From positions 748,421-812,420 of the forward strand of contig JAKACP010000001.1 of NCBI GenBank assembly GCA_021821305.1: a stretch of DNA of 64,000 nucleotides, written 5' to 3'. The notes under the pieces were generated by a model. That model made no database searches and was not told the DNA's origin. It worked only from the letters and a program-made list of their open reading frames with translations. The stretch comes from a bacterium. GTDB lineage: Bacteria; Patescibacteriota; Minisyncoccia; Moranbacterales; UBA1568. Made by a program: the position numbers and the translations under genes. Shown here one piece after another: positions 47,489 to 56,947 of the stretch (the first letter of the stretch is position 1; every line of letters starts with the position of its first letter).

Positions 47489-49237
47489 CTACTCCTTCGT
47501 CACGCGGAGGATCTCCTCGATGGTCGTGATACCCTGGACGGCCTTGCAGAACCCGTCCTCGGACATCTTCGACATACCGTTCTTCTTCGCCTCCGCCTCG
47601 ATCACCTCCGACGTCGCGGACTGGGTCACGAGCTTGCGGATATTCGTCTCCATCGCGAGCACCTCGTAGACGCCGACCCGGCCGCGGTACCCTTCGCCGC
47701 CGCACTGATCGCAGCCGACGGGCTTGTAGAACGTGAGGTCCGTGAGCGACTTCGCGTTTCCCATGACGTTCCTGATACTCTCCTGCGACCGGAGGTACGT
47801 GAAAATCTCACCGGTGTCGACGCTCTTCTCGAGCGCCTTCGCTTCGTCCGGATCGAGGGTATAGGGTTTCTTGCATTCCTGGCAGAGCTTGCGCGCGAGC
47901 CGCTGGGCGATGATGATGTTGACCGTCGAAGCGATCAGGAACGGCTCGGCGCCCATGTCGAGCATGCGCGGAAGCGTCGCGGCGGCGCTGTTGGTATGGA
48001 GTGTCGAGAGCACGAGGTGTCCGGTCATCGCGGCGTGGAGCGCGATCTCGAGGGTCTCCTCGTCACGGATCTCGCCGACCATGAGGATGTCCGGGTCCTG
48101 CCGGAGCAACGAGCGGAGCGCGGCCGCGAAAGTCATCCCGACCTTCGGATTGATCTGCGTCTGATTCACGCGCGGCATCCGGTATTCCACCGGATCCTCG
48201 ACGGTCGAGATGTTCACCTCCGGGGTATTGAGGATATCCATGATGGTGTAGAGCGTCGTCGTCTTGCCGGAGCCCGTCGGACCGGTGACGAGGATGATGC
48301 CGTTGGGCTTCTTGATCTCGCGGTGCACGACCTCGAGCGATTCGCCGACGAGCCCCATCTTCTCGAGCGTGAGCCCCTTCGCGGATTCGTCGAGGAGACG
48401 CATGACGATCTTTTCCCCGTCGAACACGGGCAGCATGGAGACGCGGAAGGAGATCTTGTAGTCGTCCTTCTCGATCTTGAAGCGGCCGTCCTGCGGGGAA
48501 CGGTGCTCGTCGAGCTTGAGATTCGAGAGCACCTTGATGCGCGCCACGATGCCGGCCGCGGCGTCCTTGGGCAGGGTCATAGCGTCATGAAGCACGCCGT
48601 CGATCCGGTAGCGGACGCGGACCTCCTTCTCATCGGGCTCGATGTGGATATCGGAGGCGGATTGGAGGATCGCATGTTTGAGGAGGGTGTCCACGATACG
48701 GACGACGGGCAGATCCGTCGCCATCTTCTCGAGATTGCCGTGGTCATCACCTTCCTTGGGATTCTCCGCGGTGATCTCGAGCATGTCGCCGAATTCGGCC
48801 TTGAGACTCTTCTCGTAGGATCGGAGCGTCGCTTGGATGCTTTCCCTCGTCGTGAGGCACGGGACGATCTTCAGTCCGCTCTTCTTCTTGATGAAGTCGA
48901 TCGTCTGGAGATCCTCCGGGTTGAGCATGGCGACCTTGAGGTTCTGCCCCTGTTTCTCGAACGAGACGATATTGTATTTGCGGGCGATCGGCTCGGGCAC
49001 GATCTGGAGGATGTCGAGCGGGACGGCCTCCTTGGTAAGGTCGACGAACGGGATGCCGAGCACGTAGGCATAGACCTTCTGGAGGCCCGCCTCATCGATC
49101 AGTTTCGATGCGAGAAGGGTTTCGCCGAGCTTCTTCTGCTGTTTCACGGCCTCCGCCGCCGCTTCCTCGAGCTTGTCCTTGGGGACGAGATTCGAGTCGA
49201 GGAGAAACAGCTTCAACTGGTCATCGGTGATTCTCAT
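47489..49237 (-). CDS. pilB: PilB/GspE secretion ATPase
   Basis: ASDIHIEP, RYRIDG, PQDGR, GPTGSGKTTT, EDPVE, LRQDPD, TGHLVLSTLH, tetracysteine motif. Confidence 0.92.
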   Translation of the reverse strand: MRITDDQLKLFLLDSNLVPKDKLEEAAAEAVKQQKKLGETLLASKLIDEAGLQKVYAYVLGIPFVDLTKEAVPLDILQIVPEPIARKYNIVSFEKQGQNLKVAMLNPEDLQTIDFIKKKSGLKIVPCLTTRESIQATLRSYEKSLKAEFGDMLEITAENPKEGDDHGNLEKMATDLPVVRIVDTLLKHAILQSASDIHIEPDEKEVRVRYRIDGVLHDAMTLPKDAAAGIVARIKVLSNLKLDEHRSPQDGRFKIEKDDYKISFRVSMLPVFDGEKIVMRLLDESAKGLTLEKMGLVGESLEVVHREIKKPNGIILVTGPTGSGKTTTLYTIMDILNTPEVNISTVEDPVEYRMPRVNQTQINPKVGMTFAAALRSLLRQDPDILMVGEIRDEETLEIALHAAMTGHLVLSTLHTNSAAATLPRMLDMGAEPFLIASTVNIIIAQRLARKLCQECKKPYTLDPDEAKALEKSVDTGEIFTYLRSQESIRNVMGNAKSLTDLTFYKPVGCDQCGGEGYRGRVGVYEVLAMETNIRKLVTQSATSEVIEAEAKKNGMSKMSEDGFCKAVQGITTIEEILRVTKE

Positions 49238-49408
49238 ATTTTCGGTGTGTGTTTTTCGCTTCCATCCGCGACGGTACGATTTCATTATATCACACGTAAC
49301 GGACAGAAAAAGACCGCCCCTGTCCGGGACGGCCCTTTTTCCGAGGAGCGCGTTTTCGCCATCAGCCTCTGTCACCCTATCGATCTGCTCACGATTCTCT
49401 GAACAGAA

Positions 49409-51058
49409 TCACATCATTCCGCCCATGTCCATGCCGCCGCCATGGGGGTGTTCCTTCTTCTCCTCGGGAAGGTCGACGATCGCCGCCTCGGTGGTGAGGA
49501 GCAATGCCGCGACCGATACCGCGTTCTCGAGCGCGGTCCGCGTCACCTTCAAGGGATCGATGATCCCCGCCTTCACCATGTCCTCCTCGTACGTGTCATT
49601 CGAGGCGTTGTAGCCGAAATTGACGCCTTTTGCCTCGACCACCTTGGCCAGGACGACCGCCGGATCCTGTTCGCCCGCGTTCGCGGCGATCTGCCGCAAC
49701 GGGTCGGAAAGGGCGCGCAGGAGCGTCTCATAGCCCGCCTTGTACTCGTGGCTCTCATATTCCTTCTTCGCGTGGGCCAACGACACGGCCGCCGCCGCCT
49801 TGGCGAGCGCGGTCCCACCGCCGGCGACGATGCCCTCCTCGATCGCCGCGCGGGTCGCGTTCACCGCGTCCTCCATCTTATGCTTCATGTAGGTGAGCTC
49901 GGTCTCGGTCGAAGCGCCCACACGGATCACCGCGACGCCGCCCGAGAGTTTCGCCATGCGCTTCTTGGACTTGTCACGGTCGTATTCGCTCTCCGTCCGG
50001 TCGGCCTGCGCCCGGATCTCCGCGACGCGCGCGTCGATATCCTTCTTCTTCCCCTTGCCACCGACGATGGTCGTGTCGTCCTTGGTCGCGATCACCTTGG
50101 AGGCGCGGCCGAGCTGGTCGATCGTCGCCGCCTCGAGTTTCATCCCGGTCTCCTCCGAGATCACGGTAGCGCCGGTCAGGATCGCGATATCGCGAAGCAT
50201 CGCCTTCTTGTTCTCGCCGAACTCCGGCGCCTTGACCGCGAGCACGGAGAGCACGCCGCGAAGCCGGTTCACCACGAGCGTCGCGAGCGCCTCGCCGTCC
50301 ACGTCCTCGGCGATGATGACGATATCCTTCTTGCCCGACTGCGCGAGCGCGTTCAGTATCGGCACGATGTCATTGATGGCCGATATCTTCCGGTCGGTGA
50401 TGAGGATGTACGGATCGTTCACCTCCGCCGTCTGCGCTTCCGCGTCGGTCATCATATACGGCGAGATATAGCCCTTGTCGAAATTCATGCCCTTCACGAT
50501 CTCCTTGGAGAGACCGAGGGTATTGGACTGCTCGGTCGTCACGACGCCGTCCGATCCCACTTCATCGATCACCGACGCGATCATCTCGCCCATCTCGCGC
50601 GACTCCGCGGATATCGTCGCGACCTGCGTGATCTCCGCCTGGGACGAGATCTTCTTCGAATTCTTGGCGAGTACCGCCGTCACTTCCCGGAGCGCGCCTT
50701 CCATGCCCCGGCGGATGCCGATCGGATTGATGCCGGTCTCGACGAACTTGAGCCCCTCGCGGATGAGCGCGGATGCCACGACGGTCGCCGTCGTCGTCCC
50801 GTCGCCCGCGATGTCATTGGTCTTCTCGGCGACCTGTTTGATGAGCTCGGCGCCGAGGTTCTCATACTTGTCGGGCAGTTCGACTTCCTTGGCGATGGAT
50901 ACGCCGTCGTTGGTGATGGTCGGTCCGCCGAACGACTTGCCCAGGATCACGTTGCGCCCCTTGGGCCCGAGCGTCATCCGGACCGCGTTCGCGACCTTGT
51001 CGACTCCGATCTTGATACGCTTGCGCGCATCCTCGCTGTAGGCGATCTGTTTTGGCAT
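49409..51058 (-). CDS. groEL: Chaperonin GroEL
   Basis: TLGPKGRNV, GDGTTTA, GIIDP, GGM tail. Confidence 0.97.
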   Translation of the reverse strand: MPKQIAYSEDARKRIKIGVDKVANAVRMTLGPKGRNVILGKSFGGPTITNDGVSIAKEVELPDKYENLGAELIKQVAEKTNDIAGDGTTTATVVASALIREGLKFVETGINPIGIRRGMEGALREVTAVLAKNSKKISSQAEITQVATISAESREMGEMIASVIDEVGSDGVVTTEQSNTLGLSKEIVKGMNFDKGYISPYMMTDAEAQTAEVNDPYILITDRKISAINDIVPILNALAQSGKKDIVIIAEDVDGEALATLVVNRLRGVLSVLAVKAPEFGENKKAMLRDIAILTGATVISEETGMKLEAATIDQLGRASKVIATKDDTTIVGGKGKKKDIDARVAEIRAQADRTESEYDRDKSKKRMAKLSGGVAVIRVGASTETELTYMKHKMEDAVNATRAAIEEGIVAGGGTALAKAAAAVSLAHAKKEYESHEYKAGYETLLRALSDPLRQIAANAGEQDPAVVLAKVVEAKGVNFGYNASNDTYEEDMVKAGIIDPLKVTRTALENAVSVAALLLTTEAAIVDLPEEKKEHPHGGGMDMGGMM

Positions 51059-51081
51059 AATATCGTGTCGTTACGTGTTAG

Positions 51082-51108
51082 TTGGCACTCTCAGTTGATG
51101 ATTGCCAA
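51082..51108. promoter_or_regulatory. CIRCE element (HrcA operator)
   Basis: TTGGCACTC-N9-GATTGCCAA versus consensus TTAGCACTC-N9-GAGTGCTAA, between promoter and groEL. Confidence 0.88.
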
Positions 51109-51111
51109 TCC

Positions 51112-51140
51112 ATTCTAGAAACTTCCTTCTCCTCTGTCAA
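51112..51140 (-). promoter_or_regulatory. groEL promoter
   Basis: TTGACA-17-TAGAAT. Confidence 0.85.
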
Positions 51141-51268
51141 GAAAACACAAACGGCCAGAACACAAACATCCAAAGAAAACACGGATTACAAACGGGATCC
51201 TGTTTGTGCTTTTGTTTTTTGTGTTTTTTTTGGCTTTTTGCGCACTGTGTTTTGTGTTTTCATTTTCA
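51141..51268. repeat. A/C-rich : G/T-rich imperfect inverted repeat, copy 3
   Basis: GAAAACACAAA..GAACACAAACATCCAAA..TTTGGCTTTTTGCGC..TTTTGTGTTTTC. Confidence 0.75.
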
Positions 51269-51272
51269 AGAT

Positions 51273-52325
51273 TCATATCTTGAAAACGATGACATCCCCG
51301 TCCGCCACGACATAGTCCTTGCCTTCAAGTCGCAAGGTCCCCTCCTCGCGCGCGGCGGCCCAGGAGCCCGCGGCGATGAGCGCCTCGTAGCCGACCACCT
51401 CGGCGCGGATGAATTTCTCCTCGAAATCGCCGTGGATCGCGGCGCCGGCCTGCGGCGCGGTCGAACCCTGGCGTATCGTCCAGGCGCGCGTCTCCACCTC
51501 GCCGGTCGTGAAAAACGTCTCGAGACCGAGGAGCGAGTATGCCTCACGGATGAGTTCTCCGAGCCGCGAGACCATGCCGAGTTCCGCCGCTTCCTCGGCC
51601 GTCATCGTCCCGAGCTCCTCCTCGAGTTTGATATCGAGCCGGACATGCGGGAGGGCGGCGAGTTCCGCTGGAAGCGCGGCATCCGTATCGCTCATATTGT
51701 AGACATAGAGGAATGGTTTCGCCGTGAGAAGCGAGAGTCCTTTCATGAATCTCCCCGACTCTTCCGCATCGCCCGAAAGCGCGACCGTATTCGCGAGCCG
51801 CCCGACCTCCAGCACGGATTCTATCTCCTCGAGCCATTTCATCTCCTGTTCGGCGCCCTTGGCCCGGGCGCGCACGTCCTTGACGGTCTTTTCCTTGCGC
51901 CGGATCACCGTCTCGAGGTCGGCCAACACGAGCTCGGTGTTCACGATATCGATGTCCTCCTTCGGATCGACACGGTTGTGGACGTGGATGATATTGCCGT
52001 TCTCGAATACGCGCACCACCTGGACGATCGCATCCACCTCGCGGATGTTCGCGAGGAACTTGTTGCCGAGACCCTCGCCCTCCGACGCGCCCTTGACCAG
52101 CCCGGCGATATCGACGAATTCGAATACGGCAGGGATGAGCTTCTTGCTCCCGGAAAGCGCGGACAATGCGGCGAGCCGCGCGTCCGGAACCTCGACGACG
52201 CCGACATTGGGCTCGATCGTGCAGAAGGGATAGTTGTTGATATCGACCTGTTTCTTGGTCAACGCCGAAAACAGGGTCGATTTCCCCACGTTCGGAAGTC
52301 CGACGATACCGGCTTTCAGTGCCAT
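51273..52325 (-). CDS. ychF: Ribosome-binding ATPase YchF
   Basis: [44 protein letters not shown]. Confidence 0.97.
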   Translation of the reverse strand: MALKAGIVGLPNVGKSTLFSALTKKQVDINNYPFCTIEPNVGVVEVPDARLAALSALSGSKKLIPAVFEFVDIAGLVKGASEGEGLGNKFLANIREVDAIVQVVRVFENGNIIHVHNRVDPKEDIDIVNTELVLADLETVIRRKEKTVKDVRARAKGAEQEMKWLEEIESVLEVGRLANTVALSGDAEESGRFMKGLSLLTAKPFLYVYNMSDTDAALPAELAALPHVRLDIKLEEELGTMTAEEAAELGMVSRLGELIREAYSLLGLETFFTTGEVETRAWTIRQGSTAPQAGAAIHGDFEEKFIRAEVVGYEALIAAGSWAAAREEGTLRLEGKDYVVADGDVIVFKI

Positions 52326-52327
52326 AT

Positions 52328-52582
52328 TTACCCTGTGAAATACGATTTGAGCCTATTTCTCAAAAACATCTTTCCTTTATAACTTTTTAGATATTTTTCC
52401 CTATGGGTAGCATCCTGTTGGAACAAACATGCCTCGTAGTAAATCAGCTTCAGGGGTCTACGATCTTTAGTTGATGGAACCAGACCCTTATTGTGCCGCT
52501 CAAATCGTAATTGCAAATCCTTAGTGTATCCTGTGTACATCTTTCCATCTTTTTTACTTAACAACACATATGTATAAAACAT
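52328..52582 (-). CDS. Small GIY-YIG nuclease (84 aa)
   Basis: YTYVL..MYTGYT.DL..RF..HN.G..STK.RRP.KLIYYE..A..RE.YLK; AT-rich relative to flanks. Confidence 0.92.
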   Translation of the reverse strand: MFYTYVLLSKKDGKMYTGYTKDLQLRFERHNKGLVPSTKDRRPLKLIYYEACLFQQDATHREKYLKSYKGKMFLRNRLKSYFTG

Positions 52583-52611
52583 ATGAACAGGATTTGCAAT
52601 ATTTCACAGGG
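52331..52611. mobile_element. Candidate mini-element: GIY-YIG gene inside 12-bp inverted repeats
   Basis: CCCTGTGAAATA (52331-52342) and TATTTCACAGGG (52600-52611); composition shift inside; mobility is inferred. Confidence 0.55.
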
Positions 52612-52790
52612 CAGGCAAGATATTCCCTTATTCTGCCAAAAAAAAGCCTTTCGGTCAACAAAAAAGAGCGGCTATCCGAAGATATCGCCGCCCTTCACGA
52701 TCGCGCGAAAAAAAAGACTGATCTTTGCCGCAGACTCTCTTGTCGAGAATATGCGGAAAAATCAGTCTGTCATGAAGCCTACGCGAAGTG

Positions 52791-53756
52791 TTACTTCACG
52801 GCTTCGAGCTTCTTGCCATTCCCTTCGGCCGACGGCGGCATCGAACTTTTCACCAGTTCCTGGAAATACGCGGCGAATTCGCTGTCGCTGAACGGCGTGC
52901 CCGCTTCCGGAGTCTTCGGTTTCCCGAGCACCCAGTAGGTGGCGCCGATGCGTCCGTCAGGATGCGTGGAGGCCGCGCTCTTGGAAAATGCCGCCGCCAG
53001 ACCGAGAACCGCCCCCAGGGCAGGATTGCTGCTGCCGACGATGCCTGCCGCGGCGCCGCCGAGGGAAAAGCCGTTGCCTTCCGTGCCCACACCGAGTGCC
53101 GTACCGATCGACTGCTCCGGAGAAACGATATAGATCTCCGAATAGCCTTCCAGGTTGTTGAAGACATACTTCACCGTGTCGTCACGTACGACGTTGATGT
53201 TCACCTTGCTTTCCGAGCCCTTTTCGGCCGTCGTCATGATGACGCCGATGCACACGTAGTTGCCGGAAGCCGCAGGAAAGCGCGGAAGTACCCGCGCAGG
53301 CGAGCCGCTCCCGGCGCGCTTTTTCTTGTAGTCCGGGTAGGACGTGAACACGACTTCGGTCTTGCCGCTCCAGCCGGCACCCGCATCGGTATACGAGTCG
53401 TTTCCTTTTGTATATTCCGGCTGGCACTTCTTCTCGAAGTACATGCTCGGAGCGATGTTGTTGATGTTGGTCGGATTCGACAACGGGCCGAAGCTGAACA
53501 CCTGGGGTGTCGGAACCCCGACGCCCGGCATGCCGGGCAACGTCACGGGAATATCCGTACCCTCGCTGTTGAACTGCTGGTCGACATTGGCTCCCGCGAT
53601 ACCGAAGCCGCCGACATTGTTGCTTTGAGCGCCGATGGCGGCGGATCCTGAGACAGCCGTCGAACCGGATGTCGCCGTATTGTCCGCAAGGACGGTTCCG
53701 GCGGTCAGGAAACAGGATATCGCTATGAGCGACAGGGAAAGAGAACGTTTTTGCAT
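52791..53756 (-). CDS. Secreted protein with glycine-rich hydrophobic segment
   Basis: Signal peptide ending VLA, SD GAGGAG, GFSLGGAAAGIVG..LGAVLGLAAAF. Confidence 0.85.
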   Translation of the reverse strand: MQKRSLSLSLIAISCFLTAGTVLADNTATSGSTAVSGSAAIGAQSNNVGGFGIAGANVDQQFNSEGTDIPVTLPGMPGVGVPTPQVFSFGPLSNPTNINNIAPSMYFEKKCQPEYTKGNDSYTDAGAGWSGKTEVVFTSYPDYKKKRAGSGSPARVLPRFPAASGNYVCIGVIMTTAEKGSESKVNINVVRDDTVKYVFNNLEGYSEIYIVSPEQSIGTALGVGTEGNGFSLGGAAAGIVGSSNPALGAVLGLAAAFSKSAASTHPDGRIGATYWVLGKPKTPEAGTPFSDSEFAAYFQELVKSSMPPSAEGNGKKLEAVK

Positions 53757-53796
53757 GACGGAATTGCTCCTCTATTATCTTGTTCAAGCAAGAAAA

Positions 53797-53831
53797 GAGG
53801 GTCAAGGGAATGTGTTCTTCCCCTGACCCTT
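53797..53831 (-). terminator. Intergenic terminator-like hairpin
   Basis: AGGGTCAGGGGA-9-TCCCTTGACCCT then CTTTTCTT on the minus strand. Confidence 0.7.
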
Positions 53832-53887
53832 TTGTTTCTGACCTCAGACCGAGACAGTCTCAGTTTAAAAGGTCATCGGCCCCTGCT

Positions 53888-54304
53888 TCAGAACCAGGAC
53901 GAGTATGCCATGCCGCCGGCGCCAGCGCCGGCGGTGCTCATCGCGGTACCGTTCATGACACCTGCGAACGAGCCGGTCATCGAACCTGCGGTCGTACCGG
54001 AGGAGCCACCGGACTGGTAGGCCATAGCGCCCGAAGTCGCGGTTCCCGAGGTAGTGCCCAGAGCGCCCATCACGTTGCCGCCGGTCATGCCTGCGGCATG
54101 AACCTGCGTCGCACCGGTCCAGGACATCGTTTGGGAACCGCCTTGATAGCCGGCGTTGAAGCCGCCTTGCCCGTGAAGGACGGAGGCCCCACCGTCGATG
54201 CCGCCGGAGACCCACGAGTTGCCGGCCGCAATCGATGCGGAGGCGGCGAGGACGAGGGCGAGAGCGCTGATGCCACTGATCACGTTCTTGATGCTTTTCT
54301 TCAT
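53888..54304 (-). CDS. Secreted Gly/Ala/Ser/Thr/Met-rich protein (138 aa)
   Basis: SD GAAGGGA, signal peptide, almost uncharged mature region ending YSSWF. Confidence 0.85.
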   Translation of the reverse strand: MKKSIKNVISGISALALVLAASASIAAGNSWVSGGIDGGASVLHGQGGFNAGYQGGSQTMSWTGATQVHAAGMTGGNVMGALGTTSGTATSGAMAYQSGGSSGTTAGSMTGSFAGVMNGTAMSTAGAGAGGMAYSSWF

Positions 54305-54400
54305 TTTGTATTTCCCTTCAGTTGGTTGAACGAACGATAACGACAAAGACGCGACCCTTCTCAAAACAGAACTTTTTTTTTCCTGTCGGAATGGACTGAA

Positions 54401-54504
54401 TTTTCAAAGAGCCGCTTGCACCGCTTAAAAAAAACAACGCTCCGAAGGAGCATCGTTCAATTCAGCGGTTTTCACACTTTAGCACACCAAGATATCCTTG
54501 TCAA
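54401..54504 (-). promoter_or_regulatory. Promoter, hairpin plus U-run and boxA-like motif
   Basis: TTGACA-17-TAAAGT; AACGATGCTC-CTTCG-GAGCGTTGTT followed by a T-run; GCTCTTTGAAAA. Confidence 0.7.
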
Positions 54505-54598
54505 GTCTCCATACTGCTTTTCTTCTGGACAATGCCTTCCGCATGAAGGAAACAATCGGCCTAAAAAACCGTATTTTGGCTATTAAAAGCCAATACTA

Positions 54599-54648
54599 TT
54601 GACAAGATACGGAAAACATGCTAGACTGTCCCTTCGGATCTTTCACAA
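54599..54648 (+). promoter_or_regulatory. Promoter and boxA-like motif of the LysM-SLT gene
   Basis: TTGACA-17-TAGACT; GATCTTTCACAA. Confidence 0.7.
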
Positions 54649-54674
54649 TTTTTCATCCGAAAGGAGGGCTTGAA

Positions 54675-55478
54675 ATGCTCAGATACGTCATGATTGTCCT
54701 GTGGCTCCTGATGTGCGCCCCGGCATCCGCCGCGGCCTACGTCGTGGAAAAGGGCGATACGCTCTCGCATATCGCCAAGCGCTTCGGCACGACCGTCGGA
54801 TCGCTCGTCGAGACCAACGGCATCGCCGACCCGGATCTCATCTTGGTCGGGCAGACGCTCGACATTCCATCATCAATCTCCACTCCGGAAAAATCTGTCG
54901 CGCAAGCGAAACAGAGTATTTATCCGGAGCCGACTGCGAAAGCAGCCACTCGGGATAAACACGCCGCTTCCTCTACCAATGCACCAACACAGCGCATTGC
55001 CAAGAAGAAGCACCGTGGCGTATCCCGCCACCCGGAAACCGCATTCAAACGCATCGATGCCATCGTGAAGGCATATGATCCGATCGTGGAACAAGCCTCG
55101 CTCCAATACGGAGTACCCAAACGATACATCTACGGACTCATCTATCATGAGTCGGGAGGCAACCCGTACGCCATCGGCGACCGCGGACGCTCCCGCGGAC
55201 TCATGCAGCTCCACGACCCCACGCGGATCAAGCTCGGCCTCACCAAGAAAGAGGCTCACGATCCGGCAAAGGCGATTCCCGCCGGAGCCCGATACCTGCG
55301 AGAACAGTACGACACGTTCGGCAAGGACCCTATCGCGGCCATCTCGGCCTACAACGCTCCGCTTCGCACGAAAAAGATGCTCGCGCGAGGAGCCGATCCG
55401 TCGAGTCGGGACTATGTCCGCAGGGTCAGAGCCGCCATGGATCTCTTCACGGAATACCATCGGGCCAAACAGGCCTGA
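54675..55478 (+). CDS. Secreted LysM plus SLT lytic transglycosylase
   Basis: YVVEKGDTLSHIA..NGI..PDLI.VGQ.L.IP; HESGG, GLMQL, AYN; SD AAGGAGG. Confidence 0.92.
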   Translation: MLRYVMIVLWLLMCAPASAAAYVVEKGDTLSHIAKRFGTTVGSLVETNGIADPDLILVGQTLDIPSSISTPEKSVAQAKQSIYPEPTAKAATRDKHAASSTNAPTQRIAKKKHRGVSRHPETAFKRIDAIVKAYDPIVEQASLQYGVPKRYIYGLIYHESGGNPYAIGDRGRSRGLMQLHDPTRIKLGLTKKEAHDPAKAIPAGARYLREQYDTFGKDPIAAISAYNAPLRTKKMLARGADPSSRDYVRRVRAAMDLFTEYHRAKQA

Positions 55479-55594
55479 CGAAAGAATCGTCGCAAGCGGC
55501 GAAAGACCGAGCGACCCGAAAACCGCCATCCATAATGGACAAGGCGGTTTTTTCATACCCCGAAACATGCTAGAATAGGCGCGAAGGGAACCTC

Positions 55595-56947
55595 ATGAAT
55601 ACAACGTCTATGAACCCCGAAATCTTCAAGGCCTACGATATCCGCGGCATCTATCCGTCGGAAATGGACGAGGATACCGCATACCGCATCGGACGAGCTA
55701 CGGTCGAGCATTTCTCGCTCCGCTCGGTGGCCGTCGGCCGGGACATACGGACATCGAGCCCGGCCTTGTTCCGCGAGCTCGCGCGCGGGATCATGGATGC
55801 CGGGTGCGACATCCTGGATCTGGGACTCGTCACGACGCCGATGGTCTATTTCGCGGCGGGCCGGCTCGAGGTGGATGCGGCGATCTCGGTGACGGCCTCG
55901 CACAATCCCCCACAATACAACGGCATGAAGATCGCGCTCAAAGGCGCGCTCCCGGTCGGACTCGAGAGCGGCTTAGCCTCGATACGCGACATCGCTCTGC
56001 GTGGCGAGTTCGAGACGCCGGAACGGGTCGGAATCATGACCGAGCAGGATATCAAGCCCGCCTACTACAGCTATTTCGCCTCCTTCGCGGATATGCGGGA
56101 CAAGCGGTTCTCCGTCGTCATCGACACCGCGAACGCCATGGGCATACTCGAACTTCCGATTTACGACCAGTTCGCGGACAATGTCTCCGTCGTGAACCTC
56201 TACAACGACCTCACACGGCCGTTCGAGTGCCATGAGGCGAACCCGCTCAAGATCGAGACCATGGACGAGCTCCGGGAAAAGGTCATCGACACCGGCGCCG
56301 ACATCGGTATCGCCTACGACGGGGACGCCGACCGTATCGGCTTCGTCGACGAGCAGGGAACCCTCGTCCCCATGGACCTCGCGACCGCGCTCCTCGCGGA
56401 GATCATCCTCGCGAAAAAACCGGGAAGCACCATACTCTACGACCTCCGGTCGTCGCGCGCGGTCCGGGAGATCATCGAGGAAAACGGCGGACGGGCCCTC
56501 GAATGCCGGGTCGGCCACGCCAACATCAAGCGTCAGATGCGCACGGACGGAGCCGTCTTCGCGGGCGAGCTTTCCGGCCACTACTACTTCGAGGAGAACT
56601 CCTTCGCCGAAGCCGGGACGCTCCCCGCGATCCTCCTCCTCAACCTCATGGCCGAAACGGGGAAACCTCTCTCGGAACTCGTCAAGAAGACGCGCCGCTA
56701 CTTCCACTCCGGGGAAATAAACAGCGAGGTCGAGGACAAGGACGGCGTCCTCGCGACGCTCCGGGATCGGTACGCGGACGGGAGACAGCACGAGCTCGAC
56801 GGTCTCAAGGTCGAATACGACGACTGGTGGTTCAATGTCCGCCCGTCCAATACCGAACCCCTCCTCCGGCTCAACCTCGAGGCCGAGACGTCCGAGCTGA
56901 TGGAGGCGAAAAAATCCGAGCTCCTCGGTATCATCCGTGGGGAATAA
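55595..56947 (+). CDS. manB: Phosphomannomutase/phosphoglucomutase
   Basis: FKAYDIRG, TASHNP, DGDADR, GELSGH, RPSNTEP. Confidence 0.95.
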   Translation: MNTTSMNPEIFKAYDIRGIYPSEMDEDTAYRIGRATVEHFSLRSVAVGRDIRTSSPALFRELARGIMDAGCDILDLGLVTTPMVYFAAGRLEVDAAISVTASHNPPQYNGMKIALKGALPVGLESGLASIRDIALRGEFETPERVGIMTEQDIKPAYYSYFASFADMRDKRFSVVIDTANAMGILELPIYDQFADNVSVVNLYNDLTRPFECHEANPLKIETMDELREKVIDTGADIGIAYDGDADRIGFVDEQGTLVPMDLATALLAEIILAKKPGSTILYDLRSSRAVREIIEENGGRALECRVGHANIKRQMRTDGAVFAGELSGHYYFEENSFAEAGTLPAILLLNLMAETGKPLSELVKKTRRYFHSGEINSEVEDKDGVLATLRDRYADGRQHELDGLKVEYDDWWFNVRPSNTEPLLRLNLEAETSELMEAKKSELLGIIRGE

